In this document: positions 1 to 10,258 of the stretch, one piece after another
Layout of the letters: the number at the start of each line of letters is the position of its first letter
How positions within the stretch are numbered: the first letter of the stretch is position 1
Notes under the pieces: model-generated
What the model was told of the DNA's origin: nothing
What the model saw: the letters and a program-made list of their open reading frames with translations, nothing else
Database searches by the model: none
Translations under genes and position numbers: made by a program
IMG/VR virus record: IMGVR_UViG_3300021375_000017
Location: 28,002 to 92,001 of that record
Source: a virus
Strand: one strand, 5' to 3'
Length of the DNA: 64,000 bases

Positions 1-378
1 GGTACTTTGCCTAAGGCAGACGGTAACCCCTATGCTACAGAGAAAGGAGCATTCCGCAATCACCCTTGCACCAAGTGGGCAAACGAGACTGTAGCAAACT
101 CTAGATGGTTACTTGCTCATGGTATTGCATTATGTGAAGAGTATTTCAATCGATATGGGAAATGCCATACTTGCTTCAAGACTCTCCTTGCTGCTGATGA
201 AATCATTCCTTATGTGAAATGGGATGGTCATACTCCTTTTGTTCGTGCAATGCCTGAGGAGTTCAAGTTTGATGATAGTATTGACACACTCACTGCTTAC
301 AAAATGTACATTGCATCTAAACCATGGGTGAAAGATAACTATCTTCGTCTCCCTGATCGTAAACCTGAATGGATATGA
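1..378 (+). CDS. 5'-partial conserved cyanophage protein, pyrimidine-dimer glycosylase-like family
   Basis: Frame is open from base 1; HPCTKW, PF..AMP and YxxY motifs. Confidence 0.5.
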   Translation, partial: GTLPKADGNPYATEKGAFRNHPCTKWANETVANSRWLLAHGIALCEEYFNRYGKCHTCFKTLLAADEIIPYVKWDGHTPFVRAMPEEFKFDDSIDTLTAYKMYIASKPWVKDNYLRLPDRKPEWI

Positions 379-527
379 AAACTACATTAACTGTTAGTGA
401 CGATGGAATCCTTACATTTCCTGACGATCTGATGAAAGAACTTGGATGGAAAGAAGGTGATCTACTACAATGGATTGACAACAATGATGGTTCTTTCTCT
501 CTAGTAAAAAATGACGAAACACTTTAA
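375..527 (+). CDS. AbrB/MazE-like small DNA-binding protein (50 aa)
   Basis: Hand translation MKTTLTVSDDGILTFPDDLMKELGWKEGDLLQW; matches the G.LT.P......LG...GD swapped-hairpin pattern; ATGA overlap with upstream gene. Confidence 0.65.
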   Translation: MKTTLTVSDDGILTFPDDLMKELGWKEGDLLQWIDNNDGSFSLVKNDETL

Positions 528-720
528 ACAAACTTGTGACAAACCATATGATCGTCATGATTATAAAATGGTGTACTCAAACAATCAATCTGTGGTGGTA
601 GATTCATGGGAACAAGTTCGACAAATTTGGTGGGAAACTCCATCAGAATTTCAATCTCATATTGAAGTGTTGGATAAAATTAATATCCGTCCCAAACACA
701 TGACCAAAGGATTTGTATGA
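511..720 (+). CDS. hypothetical protein
   Basis: ORF packed into the operon. Confidence 0.6.
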   Translation: MTKHFKQTCDKPYDRHDYKMVYSNNQSVVVDSWEQVRQIWWETPSEFQSHIEVLDKINIRPKHMTKGFV

Positions 721-908
721 TCATTGATTATGATCACAACCAAGTACCAGTTCCACAAGAAATAGTTGATTTTTGTGACCACTTCACCTATAATGCTGAA
801 CGTGATGAACTGAGGTACCTTGATTGTGTCTATATGCATATGGGGTATTATGGTGGTGACCCTACACAACTTGAACAGATGAGACAACGTATTTTACCTA
901 TTTTTTGA
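717..908 (+). CDS. hypothetical protein
   Basis: ATGA-coupled ORF. Confidence 0.6.
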   Translation: MIIDYDHNQVPVPQEIVDFCDHFTYNAERDELRYLDCVYMHMGYYGGDPTQLEQMRQRILPIF

Positions 909-915
909 ATTTATT

Positions 916-1860
916 ATGAACAATGATTTTTTGTGGTGCGAGCGTTACAGACCACAGACCATTGATGAATGTATCCTCCCTGAGGCTACAAAGAAAACCT
1001 TTAAAGAATTTCTAGATAAGGGTGAGGTTCCTAATCTTCTTCTTTCTGGTCCTCCTGGTGTAGGTAAGACCACTGTCGCTAAAGCCCTTTGTAATCAACT
1101 TGGAGTAGATTCCTATGTCATCAACGGATCCGATGAAGGTAGATTTCTTGACACTGTACGGAATCAGGCCAAGAACTTTGCTTCGACCGTATCACTTTCG
1201 TCAGATGCAAAACACAAAGTCATCATCATTGACGAAGCTGATAACACAGGGAACGATGTACAACTCCTCTTACGGGCAAACATTGAGACGTTTTATAACA
1301 ACTGTCGATTCATCTTCACCTGCAATTATAAAAACAAAATCATCGAACCCCTACATTCTAGGTGTGCCGTCATTGACTTTGGAATCAAGGGAAAAGAACG
1401 ACAGGAAATTGCAGCAGGATTCTTCAAACGTCTCCAAGAAATCCTGGATGCAGAAGGTATTAAATATGATAACAAGGTCTTGGTAGAACTCATCAACAAA
1501 CACTTCCCTGATTGGCGTCGTGTTCTGAATGAGTGTCAAAGGTATTCCACTAGTGGTAGTATTGACTCTGCTATTCTTGCATCATTCTCTGACGTATCTG
1601 TAAATGACCTCATCAAAAACCTCAAAGAAAAGAACTTCTCCGAAGTTCGCAAGTGGGTTGTTTCTAACCTGGACAATGATGCTAGTGTCCTTTTCCGTCG
1701 TATTTACGATGCTCTTGTTGTATCCCTTGAAAACAATAGTATTCCTGCTGCTGTGTTGGTTCTTGCTAAGTATCAGTATCAAATGGCATTTTGTACGGAC
1801 CAGGAGATAAATATGCTTGCTTGTTTGACTGAAATAATGGTGGAGTGCGAGTTCCGTTAA
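916..1860 (+). CDS. gp44: clamp loader large subunit (AAA+)
   Basis: ERYRP, Walker A GPPGVGKT, DEAD, SRC motifs. Confidence 0.97.
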   Translation: MNNDFLWCERYRPQTIDECILPEATKKTFKEFLDKGEVPNLLLSGPPGVGKTTVAKALCNQLGVDSYVINGSDEGRFLDTVRNQAKNFASTVSLSSDAKHKVIIIDEADNTGNDVQLLLRANIETFYNNCRFIFTCNYKNKIIEPLHSRCAVIDFGIKGKERQEIAAGFFKRLQEILDAEGIKYDNKVLVELINKHFPDWRRVLNECQRYSTSGSIDSAILASFSDVSVNDLIKNLKEKNFSEVRKWVVSNLDNDASVLFRRIYDALVVSLENNSIPAAVLVLAKYQYQMAFCTDQEINMLACLTEIMVECEFR

Positions 1861-1877
1861 TTAACTAATAAAAAACA

Positions 1878-2168
1878 ATGAATGTAAAACTATTTCGTAT
1901 TATCACTGGTGAAGAAGTGATTGCAGAACTTCTTTCTGAAGATGACTCAACTGTGACTCTTCAGAATGGTCTAGTTGTTCTCCCTTCAGGACAGAGTGTT
2001 GGGTTTGCTCCATGGGCAATGGTGATTGATAAGGATCAACCTGAGATCACGGTAAGTAGAACACACATCGTATACATCGCTGAGGTTGATGAAGGTATCA
2101 CCAAGAAGTATAATGAAGTATATGGAAGTAAACTGGTAACACCAGACAAAAAGAAATTGATTCTTTAA
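1878..2168 (+). CDS. conserved T4-like hypothetical protein (Sm-like)
   Basis: KL...TGEEVIA pattern; position between gp44 and gp62. Confidence 0.7.
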   Translation: MNVKLFRIITGEEVIAELLSEDDSTVTLQNGLVVLPSGQSVGFAPWAMVIDKDQPEITVSRTHIVYIAEVDEGITKKYNEVYGSKLVTPDKKKLIL

Positions 2169-2171
2169 ATT

Positions 2172-2552
2172 ATGGAACTTAAGGACTGGTTGAACTCAAT
2201 TAATTTTACCAAGGAGAATCTGATTAAAGATGAACCTTCTTTGGCAAAAGACTATCCACCATACATCATCAATCGTTGTCTCTCTGGACACATGGATTGT
2301 ATTATGTTTGCCAACGAGATGAACAAGTACAGTTTTTTAGATAAAGATATGCAATATGAATTTTATCTAAATATATTGAGAAAGAGGAAGAGATTCTCTC
2401 CCTGGCTCCGCAAAGATAAGATCTCAGATTTAGAGATTGTGAAACGTTACTATGGTTATAGTAATGAAAAGGCTTCTCAGGCTTTGAAAATTTTATCCAA
2501 TGAGCAACTTAATTTTATTAAACAACGACTTGAAACTGGTGGAAAAAAATGA
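2172..2552 (+). CDS. gp62: clamp loader small subunit
   Basis: YPPYIINRCLS, RKRKRFSPW, YYGYS..KA motifs; synteny. Confidence 0.93.
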   Translation: MELKDWLNSINFTKENLIKDEPSLAKDYPPYIINRCLSGHMDCIMFANEMNKYSFLDKDMQYEFYLNILRKRKRFSPWLRKDKISDLEIVKRYYGYSNEKASQALKILSNEQLNFIKQRLETGGKK

Positions 2553-2992
2553 CACAGACTGTTGAGCCTCAGGTTGATTGGTCAAGAGACCAAATGGTAG
2601 AGGTTAGGCTAAATGAACCTGATGATTTCTTAAAAGTTCGTGAGACTCTGACCCGTATTGGGGTTGCCTCTAGAAAAGAAAAGAAACTTTACCAATCCTG
2701 TCATATTCTACATAAGCAAGGTAAATACTATATCGTACACTTTAAGGAGTTATTTGCCCTTGATGGTAAATACGCTAATCTTACTGTTAATGATGTTCAG
2801 CGTAGGAACCGTATTACTCGCTTGCTTGTTGATTGGGGCTTGATAGATGTTGTCATCGAAGAATCAATTCAAGATATTGCACCATTGAATCAAATCAAAG
2901 TACTCCCTTACAGAGAGAAGACAGAGTGGATTCTAGAACAGAAGTATAATATTGGTAAGAAGAATAATATCAAGGTTGGCCAACCTGAATAA
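2549..2992 (+). CDS. regA: translational repressor RegA
   Basis: DDFLKVRETLTRIG...LYQSCHILHKQG.YYIVHFKE. Confidence 0.97.
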   Translation: MTQTVEPQVDWSRDQMVEVRLNEPDDFLKVRETLTRIGVASRKEKKLYQSCHILHKQGKYYIVHFKELFALDGKYANLTVNDVQRRNRITRLLVDWGLIDVVIEESIQDIAPLNQIKVLPYREKTEWILEQKYNIGKKNNIKVGQPE

Positions 2993-3041
2993 ATAAGACT
3001 GAGACTCCTTTCGTGCGGTCTCTACAAAAGTCGGAACACCC

Positions 3042-3095
3042 AAAGACCTCTTGTCTCTTGACAGGGGTCTTTTTTTATGTTATACTGTATAAATA
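3042..3095 (+). promoter_or_regulatory. terminator hairpin overlapping a sigma70-like promoter, followed by a T4 late promoter
   Basis: Stem aaagacctcttgtc/gacaggggtcttt plus T-run; TTGACA 3058 - 17 bp - TATACT 3081; TATAAATA 3088. Confidence 0.75.
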
Positions 3096-3158
3096 AATTC
3101 GTTCTCCATGAAAAGAACTTAATTGCTTCTTGATTGGAAATTAAAAAAGAGGTAAACC

Positions 3159-4853
3159 ATGATTACACCAGAGGTGTATGAAGAATTTCGTACAGATGTT
3201 CTTAGCGTAATTAATAATCAAGAAATTTTTACATTAGCAAAAATAAAAGTTTTTATCAAACAAATGGCCGCTGGCAAGTCATGGTTCCAAGGTAAAGAAT
3301 TGTCGCCAGAGTTATATAAAGTATTTTGTAATCAAAAGTTTAATATTCGCGTAGCACCAAAAAACGAAACATGTAACGATGGTATCTTTGAAAAGGAAAC
3401 CGTTGTGGATGGTAAAAAATATAAGTACAGGGACATCACCCACATTAAAGATTCTTTGATGATGGATGAGTTTTTGTCTGATTGTTTTGACACAGATAAT
3501 ATCTATATTTTTTCAATCACTCATGCTAAATTTGGAATTTATTTTGAATGTTTTCTCAGATATGCCCTGTGTACAGTCCTGTGGATTGAAGAAGTTCATG
3601 AGTGTTTAGCAGTAGGTGATCCCGGATCAACTGCATATCAATATGGGACAGGATATAATACTCCATTTGATGCAAAGGTTGCATTGAGATTTAGAGAATG
3701 GATGAAAATTAATGGAAGAGTATTAGCGTTCACTGCTACTCCAACCCTGCATCAGCAAGAGTATGATGAATATATTATTGATGGTGGTATAAAAACAGAT
3801 CAAAAATTCTCTGATTTATTCTATAAGTGTAATGAACTTACAAATCTAGATTCTTTAATCCCTAACCAAGCTTGGGTGGATAAAACTATTCGATATAACC
3901 TTGTTTATAGAAAGACACAGGAATGTGTTGACCCGCATGTAGGAACTATGATTGATAGTTTATTAAACAGGGAATCTGAGTTAGAAGAACAAAAAAAAGT
4001 AGATCCCAATGTTCAATCAAAACTTACATCTCTGATTCGATGTGGTCAGGGTGGTGGAGCCTGGGGATGCCCTATTCATAAAGGTCCATTTGGTGGATCC
4101 GGCAAAAGAGATCCAATTGAACATGATATTGGAATGGTTCAAATTGTTGGAAAGCATCTTCAACAAAGAGGATTTGATTGTAATTCTCGTATGATTGCTA
4201 CTCTTCAGGAATCTGGTAGTGGTGGTAATAGAATCTGGAATTTAAATGGAGAGGTAGTCGAAAAGAAATTGTCATGGGAAGATGTGAAGAATCGTTTAAA
4301 TGATAATGATGATCTACTCCGACACTTAATTGTTGTAAATCGTGGTGGATCTGGAATTAATGTTTATAATATTGGAGCAATTTTTATTGCTTCTGTTAGA
4401 GATGCTCTTTGGTCCAGGGAACACATCCCATGTCAAGTTTTGGGAAGAGGTGTACGTTGTAATTGGGGATATGGAAATATTGGAAGAAAATATAATAACG
4501 ATTTGCGTAATTTTATCCCTGTCAAACAACTTGAAGGTAATATTGAAACTACTGTCGAAGTAATTAAAACAGCAAATAAATTAGATATTTGGTACCCTAG
4601 AGGACTTACCGACAGGGGTAGTAAAACTAAAGTTGATGTATGGGAAGATTCAGTTACTATTTTTAGACGTGACTATTGTAATTCTATACAAGATGGATAT
4701 TCTTGGTTACATGATCAAACCGGAACTAAACCCTCAATGATTGAAAGTGCATTACCTTTACCGGGGAAACTTCTGTGTCCACATTGTGGAAACCCAGTTT
4801 ATTATTCTGGAGATAAAACGGGTGATGGAACACTATTACCATTCTTTGAATAA
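3159..4853 (+). CDS. divergent SF2 helicase/ATPase-like protein (Res-type), with a C-terminal CxxC
   Basis: MAAGKS (Walker A-like), IEEVH (DExH-like), TATP motif III, QVLGRGVR motif VI, CPHC. Confidence 0.65.
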   Translation: MITPEVYEEFRTDVLSVINNQEIFTLAKIKVFIKQMAAGKSWFQGKELSPELYKVFCNQKFNIRVAPKNETCNDGIFEKETVVDGKKYKYRDITHIKDSLMMDEFLSDCFDTDNIYIFSITHAKFGIYFECFLRYALCTVLWIEEVHECLAVGDPGSTAYQYGTGYNTPFDAKVALRFREWMKINGRVLAFTATPTLHQQEYDEYIIDGGIKTDQKFSDLFYKCNELTNLDSLIPNQAWVDKTIRYNLVYRKTQECVDPHVGTMIDSLLNRESELEEQKKVDPNVQSKLTSLIRCGQGGGAWGCPIHKGPFGGSGKRDPIEHDIGMVQIVGKHLQQRGFDCNSRMIATLQESGSGGNRIWNLNGEVVEKKLSWEDVKNRLNDNDDLLRHLIVVNRGGSGINVYNIGAIFIASVRDALWSREHIPCQVLGRGVRCNWGYGNIGRKYNNDLRNFIPVKQLEGNIETTVEVIKTANKLDIWYPRGLTDRGSKTKVDVWEDSVTIFRRDYCNSIQDGYSWLHDQTGTKPSMIESALPLPGKLLCPHCGNPVYYSGDKTGDGTLLPFFE

Positions 4854-4905
4854 AACCGAATAAAAATCTACGGAGTTCACTACCCCGTTTTTTTGTTTTT
4901 TCTGT

Positions 4906-4913
4906 TATAAATA
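4906..4913 (+). promoter_or_regulatory. T4-type late promoter upstream of hsp20
   Basis: TATAAATA. Confidence 0.7.
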
Positions 4914-4971
4914 ATGAGTGAACGCCTTCGGGGTTCACACAATCAAATCTCGCTTATTTAAGGAGAAGTAC

Positions 4972-5403
4972 ATGACCAATCTCATGAAGTATAATGCTGC
5001 CGACCTGGACAAATTCATGGACAGGATTACGCGCAACACAATTGGAATGGATGACTACATTGATAGAATCCTAAGAGGTCAAGAAACATCAAACTATCCT
5101 CCATACAACCTCATTCAAGTCAGTGACACAGAATCACAACTAGAGTTAGCTTTGGCAGGATTCAAACCAGAAGAAGTCAATGTCTACACAGAAGAAGGAA
5201 AACTTTTCGTCGAAGGAAAACGAGAAGAATCCACAGAGAAAACAACATTCGTCCACAGAGGAGTGGCTGCAAGATCTTTCACCAGAGCTTGGACACTGGC
5301 AGAGGATACGGAAGTTGGATCAGTTAAATTTGAGAATGGGCTCTTAACGATTTCTATGAAGAGGATTGTTCCAGAACATCATCAACGTAAGAACTGGTTC
5401 TAA
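4972..5403 (+). CDS. hsp20: small heat shock protein
   Basis: YPPYN, LAGF, HRG...RSF, NGLL motifs; AGGAG RBS at 4961. Confidence 0.95.
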   Translation: MTNLMKYNAADLDKFMDRITRNTIGMDDYIDRILRGQETSNYPPYNLIQVSDTESQLELALAGFKPEEVNVYTEEGKLFVEGKREESTEKTTFVHRGVAARSFTRAWTLAEDTEVGSVKFENGLLTISMKRIVPEHHQRKNWF

Positions 5404-5423
5404 ATAGAACGTATCGTCGCCGC

Positions 5424-5475
5424 AGAGGGGTAACTGGCACAATCCAGTGACAACCCCTCTTTTTTATGTTATAAT
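5424..5475 (+). terminator. terminator overlapping a sigma70-like promoter
   Basis: agagggg...cccctct plus T-run; GTGACA - 17 bp - TATAAT. Confidence 0.65.
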
Positions 5476-5498
5476 TTATAAGAGGTATATTGTAAAAG

Positions 5499-5870
5499 AT
5501 GACTGTTAAACTATTACTATTGAAGTCTGGAGAAGACGTTATCGCAGACGTAAAAGAGATGTGTGTTGGTGATGAGGAAAAACCTACAGTGGTTGGTTAT
5601 TTTCTTAGATACCCTTGTCGAGTAAAATTGGTTGGACAAGATACGGATCATAAGGGAGATAAACAGCACCCGTTTAGAATGCAACTTACTCCATGGATGC
5701 CCCTAAGTAAAGATGAAATGATTCCTGTTGTTGCAGATTGGGTTGTCACTGCAACTGAACCAATTGATGAACTAAAAGAAGCTTACGAAAAAGGAGTAGA
5801 GAAAAATGAAAATAGAAAACTTGAAACTACTGTCACTGACGGATCAGAGACTGATCCTGACACAGATTGA
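5499..5870 (+). CDS. conserved cyanophage hypothetical protein (Sm-like)
   Basis: KLLLLKSGEDVIA; usual position before gp43. Confidence 0.7.
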   Translation: MTVKLLLLKSGEDVIADVKEMCVGDEEKPTVVGYFLRYPCRVKLVGQDTDHKGDKQHPFRMQLTPWMPLSKDEMIPVVADWVVTATEPIDELKEAYEKGVEKNENRKLETTVTDGSETDPDTD

Positions 5871-6072
5871 AGAGGTCTCAGCAGACCTGGGTGAACCAGA
5901 CTGTAAACTGATAGAACCTTTTATTCTTAATGCCAGTACAATGACACTATCCCCATGGTTTGTTGACATCACAAATCAGAATGAGTTTATGATTCATTCT
6001 GAAAAGATTTTGACAATTATGGAACCTAACAGTAAACTGAAAGTGATGTATGAGGACTTACTTAAGGAATGA
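5806..6072 (+). CDS. conserved cyanophage hypothetical protein
   Basis: LGEPDCKL..PF; coupled to gp43. Confidence 0.7.
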   Translation: MKIENLKLLSLTDQRLILTQIEEVSADLGEPDCKLIEPFILNASTMTLSPWFVDITNQNEFMIHSEKILTIMEPNSKLKVMYEDLLKE

Positions 6073-8609
6073 ATTTCTATACAAACATACAGATGATTGG
6101 AAATCAATTCCTTGTTCGTGGTTATGAGGACGGAAAGAGAGTTCACTATCGTGATACCAACTATCGTCCAACTCTGTATGTTAACTCTAAAGTCCCCACA
6201 AAATACAAAACTCTGGAAGGTGAATATGTTGAGGAAATTCAACCTGGAACAGTAAAGGACTGTAGAGACTTTTATAAGAAGTATGATGAGATCGAGAACT
6301 TCAAGATCTATGGTAATGAGAGATATATCTACCAATACATTTCTGACAAGTATCCTCAGGATGAGATAAAGTTTGACATCAAGAAGATGAGACTTTTGAC
6401 TATCGATATTGAGGTCTCATCAGAAGAGGGATTTCCTGACCCAGAACATTGTTCTGAGGAGATGTTGACCATCTCTATTCAGGATTATGCAACTAAGAAA
6501 ATTACAACTTGGGGCAGAAAACCATATACCCCTAGTCAGGACAATGTGACCTATCATTATTATCCTGAAGAAAGAGAAATGCTTGGTGCATTCATTGATT
6601 GGTGGATGAATGACTATCCTGATGTTGTGACTGGGTGGAATACCCGTCTGTACGACATCCCATATATCTGTGGAAGGATCGATAGGGTTCTGGGTGAGAG
6701 GGCCCTTAGGAATCTGTCTCCATGGGGTCTAGCGACCAAGAGAGAGACTTGGATCAATGGCCGTATGTTTTATATCTACGATATTGGTGGTATCACTGAC
6801 CTAGACTATCTGGAGTTGTATAAGAAGTTTACTTATGTGAATCGTGAGTCTTACCGACTGGACTTCATTGCAGAGGTTGAACTTGGTCAAAAGAAATTAG
6901 ACCACTCTGAGTTTGATACATTCAAAGACTTCTATACTGGTGATTGGAAAAAGTTTGTAGATTACAACATCGTTGACGTGGAACTTGTTGACCGTATGGA
7001 AGACAAGATGAAACTGATTGAGTTGGTTATCACCATGGCATACGATGGTAAGGTAAACTTTGGTGACCCAATGTTCCAAGTTAGATTGTGGGACACCATT
7101 ATCTACAACTATTTGAAGAAGAGGAATATTGTTATTCCTCCAAGGATCAATACTGATAAGAGTGAAAAGTTTGCTGGGGCCTATGTAAAGGAACCCAAAC
7201 CAGGTGTATATGATTGGGTTGTAAGTTTTGACTTGAACTCACTTTATCCGCATTTAATTATGCAATACAATATCTCACCTGAGACACTTCAGGAAGAGAA
7301 GCACCCATCAGTTACCATTCAAAAGATTCTTGATGAGAAACTTGATTTTCAGATGTATAAGGACTATGCGGTCTGTGCCAATGGTGCAATGTACCGTAAA
7401 GATGTGAAAGGTTTCCTACCTGAACTGATGGAGAAGATGTATGCTGAACGTAAGGCATTCAAGAAGGAGATGTTGAAGTCTAAACAGAAACTGGTTGACA
7501 TTGAATCAAAACTGAAGACCAATAAGGATCCAGTTCTCCGTAGACAGAGAGAACAAACCATCAAAGATATTGCTAAGTTCAATAACTTTCAGATGGTGAG
7601 AAAGATTTGTTTGAACTCTGCCTACGGTGCAATTGGTAATGCATACTTTAGATATTTCAAACTTGCCAATGCAGAAGCGATTACGATGTCAGGTCAGACA
7701 TCTATTCGTTGGATTGAAAATCATATGAATGAATATCTAAATAACTTACTTTCAACAGAAGATGTAGATTATGTCATCGCATCTGACACCGATTCAATCT
7801 ATCTTAACTTTGGACCTATTGTTGATAAATTTCTTGGTGATAAAGTTAACGATACGAGCAAGGTTGTTTCTATCATTGACAAAGTCTGTCAAGAGAAACT
7901 GGAACCGTTCATCGAAACATCTTATCAAAATCTTGCGACGTATGTAAACGCATACGATCAGAAGATGCAGATGAAACGGGAGAACATTGCAGACCGTGGA
8001 ATTTGGACTGCAAAGAAGAGATACATTCTCAATGTATGGGATAGTGAAGGTGTTAGGTATGAAGATCCTAAACTTAAGATCATGGGTATTGAGGCAGTCA
8101 AGTCATCCACTCCAGCACCCTGTAGGAGTATGATTAAGGATGCTCTCAAACTAATGATGAATGGAACAGAAGATGATGTGATTGAGTATATTGATAAGTG
8201 TAGAAGTGACTTTAAGAAACTTCCCATTGAAGCTATTTCTTTCCCTAGATCTGTTTCTGATGCCCAGAAGTATAAGGCACATGCAACGATCTACTCAAAG
8301 GGAACTCCTATTCATTGTCGTGGTGCCCTATTGTTCAATCACTACATAAAAGAAAAGAAGTTAACAAACAAATATTCACTTATCAATAACGGTGAAAAGA
8401 TTAAATTTTGTTATCTTAAAAAACCAAATATCATCCATGAGAATGTGATCTCATTTATTTCAGAGTTTCCAACAGAGTTGGGACTTGACCAATATGTGGA
8501 TTATGACTTACAATTTGAAAAGGCATTCTTAGAACCTCTCAAGGTCATTCTTGATGCCATTGGATGGAATGTAACTAAGATAAATACTTTAGAAAGTTTT
8601 TTTATGTAA
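6069..8609 (+). CDS. gp43: DNA polymerase, family B
   Basis: DIEV exonuclease I, SFDLNSLYP, K...NSAYG, ASDTDS. Confidence 0.98.
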   Translation: MNFYTNIQMIGNQFLVRGYEDGKRVHYRDTNYRPTLYVNSKVPTKYKTLEGEYVEEIQPGTVKDCRDFYKKYDEIENFKIYGNERYIYQYISDKYPQDEIKFDIKKMRLLTIDIEVSSEEGFPDPEHCSEEMLTISIQDYATKKITTWGRKPYTPSQDNVTYHYYPEEREMLGAFIDWWMNDYPDVVTGWNTRLYDIPYICGRIDRVLGERALRNLSPWGLATKRETWINGRMFYIYDIGGITDLDYLELYKKFTYVNRESYRLDFIAEVELGQKKLDHSEFDTFKDFYTGDWKKFVDYNIVDVELVDRMEDKMKLIELVITMAYDGKVNFGDPMFQVRLWDTIIYNYLKKRNIVIPPRINTDKSEKFAGAYVKEPKPGVYDWVVSFDLNSLYPHLIMQYNISPETLQEEKHPSVTIQKILDEKLDFQMYKDYAVCANGAMYRKDVKGFLPELMEKMYAERKAFKKEMLKSKQKLVDIESKLKTNKDPVLRRQREQTIKDIAKFNNFQMVRKICLNSAYGAIGNAYFRYFKLANAEAITMSGQTSIRWIENHMNEYLNNLLSTEDVDYVIASDTDSIYLNFGPIVDKFLGDKVNDTSKVVSIIDKVCQEKLEPFIETSYQNLATYVNAYDQKMQMKRENIADRGIWTAKKRYILNVWDSEGVRYEDPKLKIMGIEAVKSSTPAPCRSMIKDALKLMMNGTEDDVIEYIDKCRSDFKKLPIEAISFPRSVSDAQKYKAHATIYSKGTPIHCRGALLFNHYIKEKKLTNKYSLINNGEKIKFCYLKKPNIIHENVISFISEFPTELGLDQYVDYDLQFEKAFLEPLKVILDAIGWNVTKINTLESFFM

Positions 8610-8612
8610 AGT

Positions 8613-9299
8613 ATGACCATGGGCAAATATTATACTTATGCCTATTTGCGTGAAGATGGAACTCCTTATTATATCGGTAAAGGATTAAAAAACAGGAAAT
8701 CTAAAAAGCATTTTAGAAGAAATGGAAAAGTATTTTCTCCTCCATCAGAAGATAAAATAATTATTCTCAAACAGAATTTAACTGAAAAAGAAGCATTTAA
8801 GCACGAAATTTATATGATTTCCGTTTTGGGTAGAAAAGATTTGGGGACTGGTATTTTGAGAAATTTGACTGAAGGTGGTGAAGGGAGTAGTGGATATAAA
8901 CACTCCGATGAATTTAAATCTAAAATTAGAAAAGTTCAGAGTGGTAGAGTTATTTCCAATACAACTAAAGAAAAAATGAGAAATGCAAATCTTGGAAAAG
9001 TTTTATCTGATGAACATAAAAAAAAGATTGGAGAATCGCAAGGGGGGAAAGTTGTAAATGAGGAGGTTAGAAAAAAAATAAGTAATACACTAAAAGGAAA
9101 AAAACATAGTCCAGAAAGAATTAATAATATAAGAAAGGGAATGGGATGTGAAACTTATAAATTCATTTCCCCAGAAGGTAAAATAATTGAAGTTGATAAT
9201 ATGACGCAATTCTGCTATGATAGAAATCTACAGCAAAGTTGTATGTCAAACATCTGGAACAATAAAAGAAACTTTCATAAAGGATGGAAAAAAGCATAA
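8613..9299 (+). mobile_element. free-standing GIY-YIG-like homing endonuclease with NUMOD3-like repeats
   Basis: YYTYAYLREDGTPYYIGKG, NLTEGGEG, HS.E.K.KI repeats; AT-rich. Confidence 0.85.
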
Positions 9300-10216
9300 T
9301 GGACTTTTTATCAGATATTGTAAAAGAGATTGGAGATGACTTTACCAAACTTGCTGCCGACATCGATGACACTGAGACATATGTGGACACAGGTTCGTTC
9401 GTTCTTAACGCTCTTGTATCTGGGTCTATCCGTGGTGGTGTATCTGGGAATAAAATTACTGCAATTGCTGGCGAAAGTTCTACTGGAAAGACTTTCTTTT
9501 CACTCGCAGTGGTCAAGAACTTCTTGGATACTAATCCCGATGCATATTGCCTTTATTTTGATACTGAGGCAGCAGTTAATAAGTCACTACTAGTAAGTCG
9601 TGGCATTGATCTGAATCGACTAGTTGTTGTTAATGTCGTTACCATTGAGGAGTTTAGGAGTAAGGCTCTCAAGGCGGTAGACATGTATTCAAAAAAACCT
9701 GAAGATGAACGTAAACCTTGTATGTTTGTGTTAGATTCTTTAGGAATGCTTTCTACAGAGAAAGAAATCACTGATGCCCTCAATGAGAAACTTGTCCGTG
9801 ATATGACAAAATCTCAGTTGATTAAAGGGGCTTTCAGAATGTTGACTCTTAAATTGGGTCAAGCCAAAATACCAATGATTGTAACCAATCACACCTATGA
9901 TGTCATCGGAGCTTATGTTCCTACAAAGGAAATGGGTGGGGGTTGTTTAGTTGCGGGAACTAAGATACAAACAGAAAATGGTTCTATTCCTATTGAATCT
10001 ATTCAAGTTGGTGACAAAGTGAGAACTATGTTTGGTTATTCATCAGTTACTGACACTTTCCATTTCACCGATAAAGATGTTTATGAATTGGAATTGGAAG
10101 ATGGAGAAACTATTAGATGTTCTGGCGAACATAAGTTTTTAGTAGATACTGGAGATGGTTATGAATGGAAATCCGTTACTGAGTTATTACCTTCAGATAC
10201 TATCAAATCTATGTGA
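9299..10216 (+). CDS. uvsX: UvsX recombinase N-half fused to split intein N-fragment (IntN 9944-10213, 90 aa)
   Basis: Walker A GESSTGKT; ...KEMGGG|CLVAGTKI (block A) and CSGEHKF (block B); TAATG overlap at start. Confidence 0.93.
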   Translation: MDFLSDIVKEIGDDFTKLAADIDDTETYVDTGSFVLNALVSGSIRGGVSGNKITAIAGESSTGKTFFSLAVVKNFLDTNPDAYCLYFDTEAAVNKSLLVSRGIDLNRLVVVNVVTIEEFRSKALKAVDMYSKKPEDERKPCMFVLDSLGMLSTEKEITDALNEKLVRDMTKSQLIKGAFRMLTLKLGQAKIPMIVTNHTYDVIGAYVPTKEMGGGCLVAGTKIQTENGSIPIESIQVGDKVRTMFGYSSVTDTFHFTDKDVYELELEDGETIRCSGEHKFLVDTGDGYEWKSVTELLPSDTIKSM

Positions 10217-10221
10217 AAGTT

Positions 10222-10258
10222 GGTTCTGGACTAAATAATAATAATTGAGTCCAGAACC
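10222..10258 (+). promoter_or_regulatory. hairpin over the endonuclease translation start, with a late-promoter-like core in the loop
   Basis: GGTTCTGGACT...AGTCCAGAACC immediately before TTG; TAAATA inside. Confidence 0.6.
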
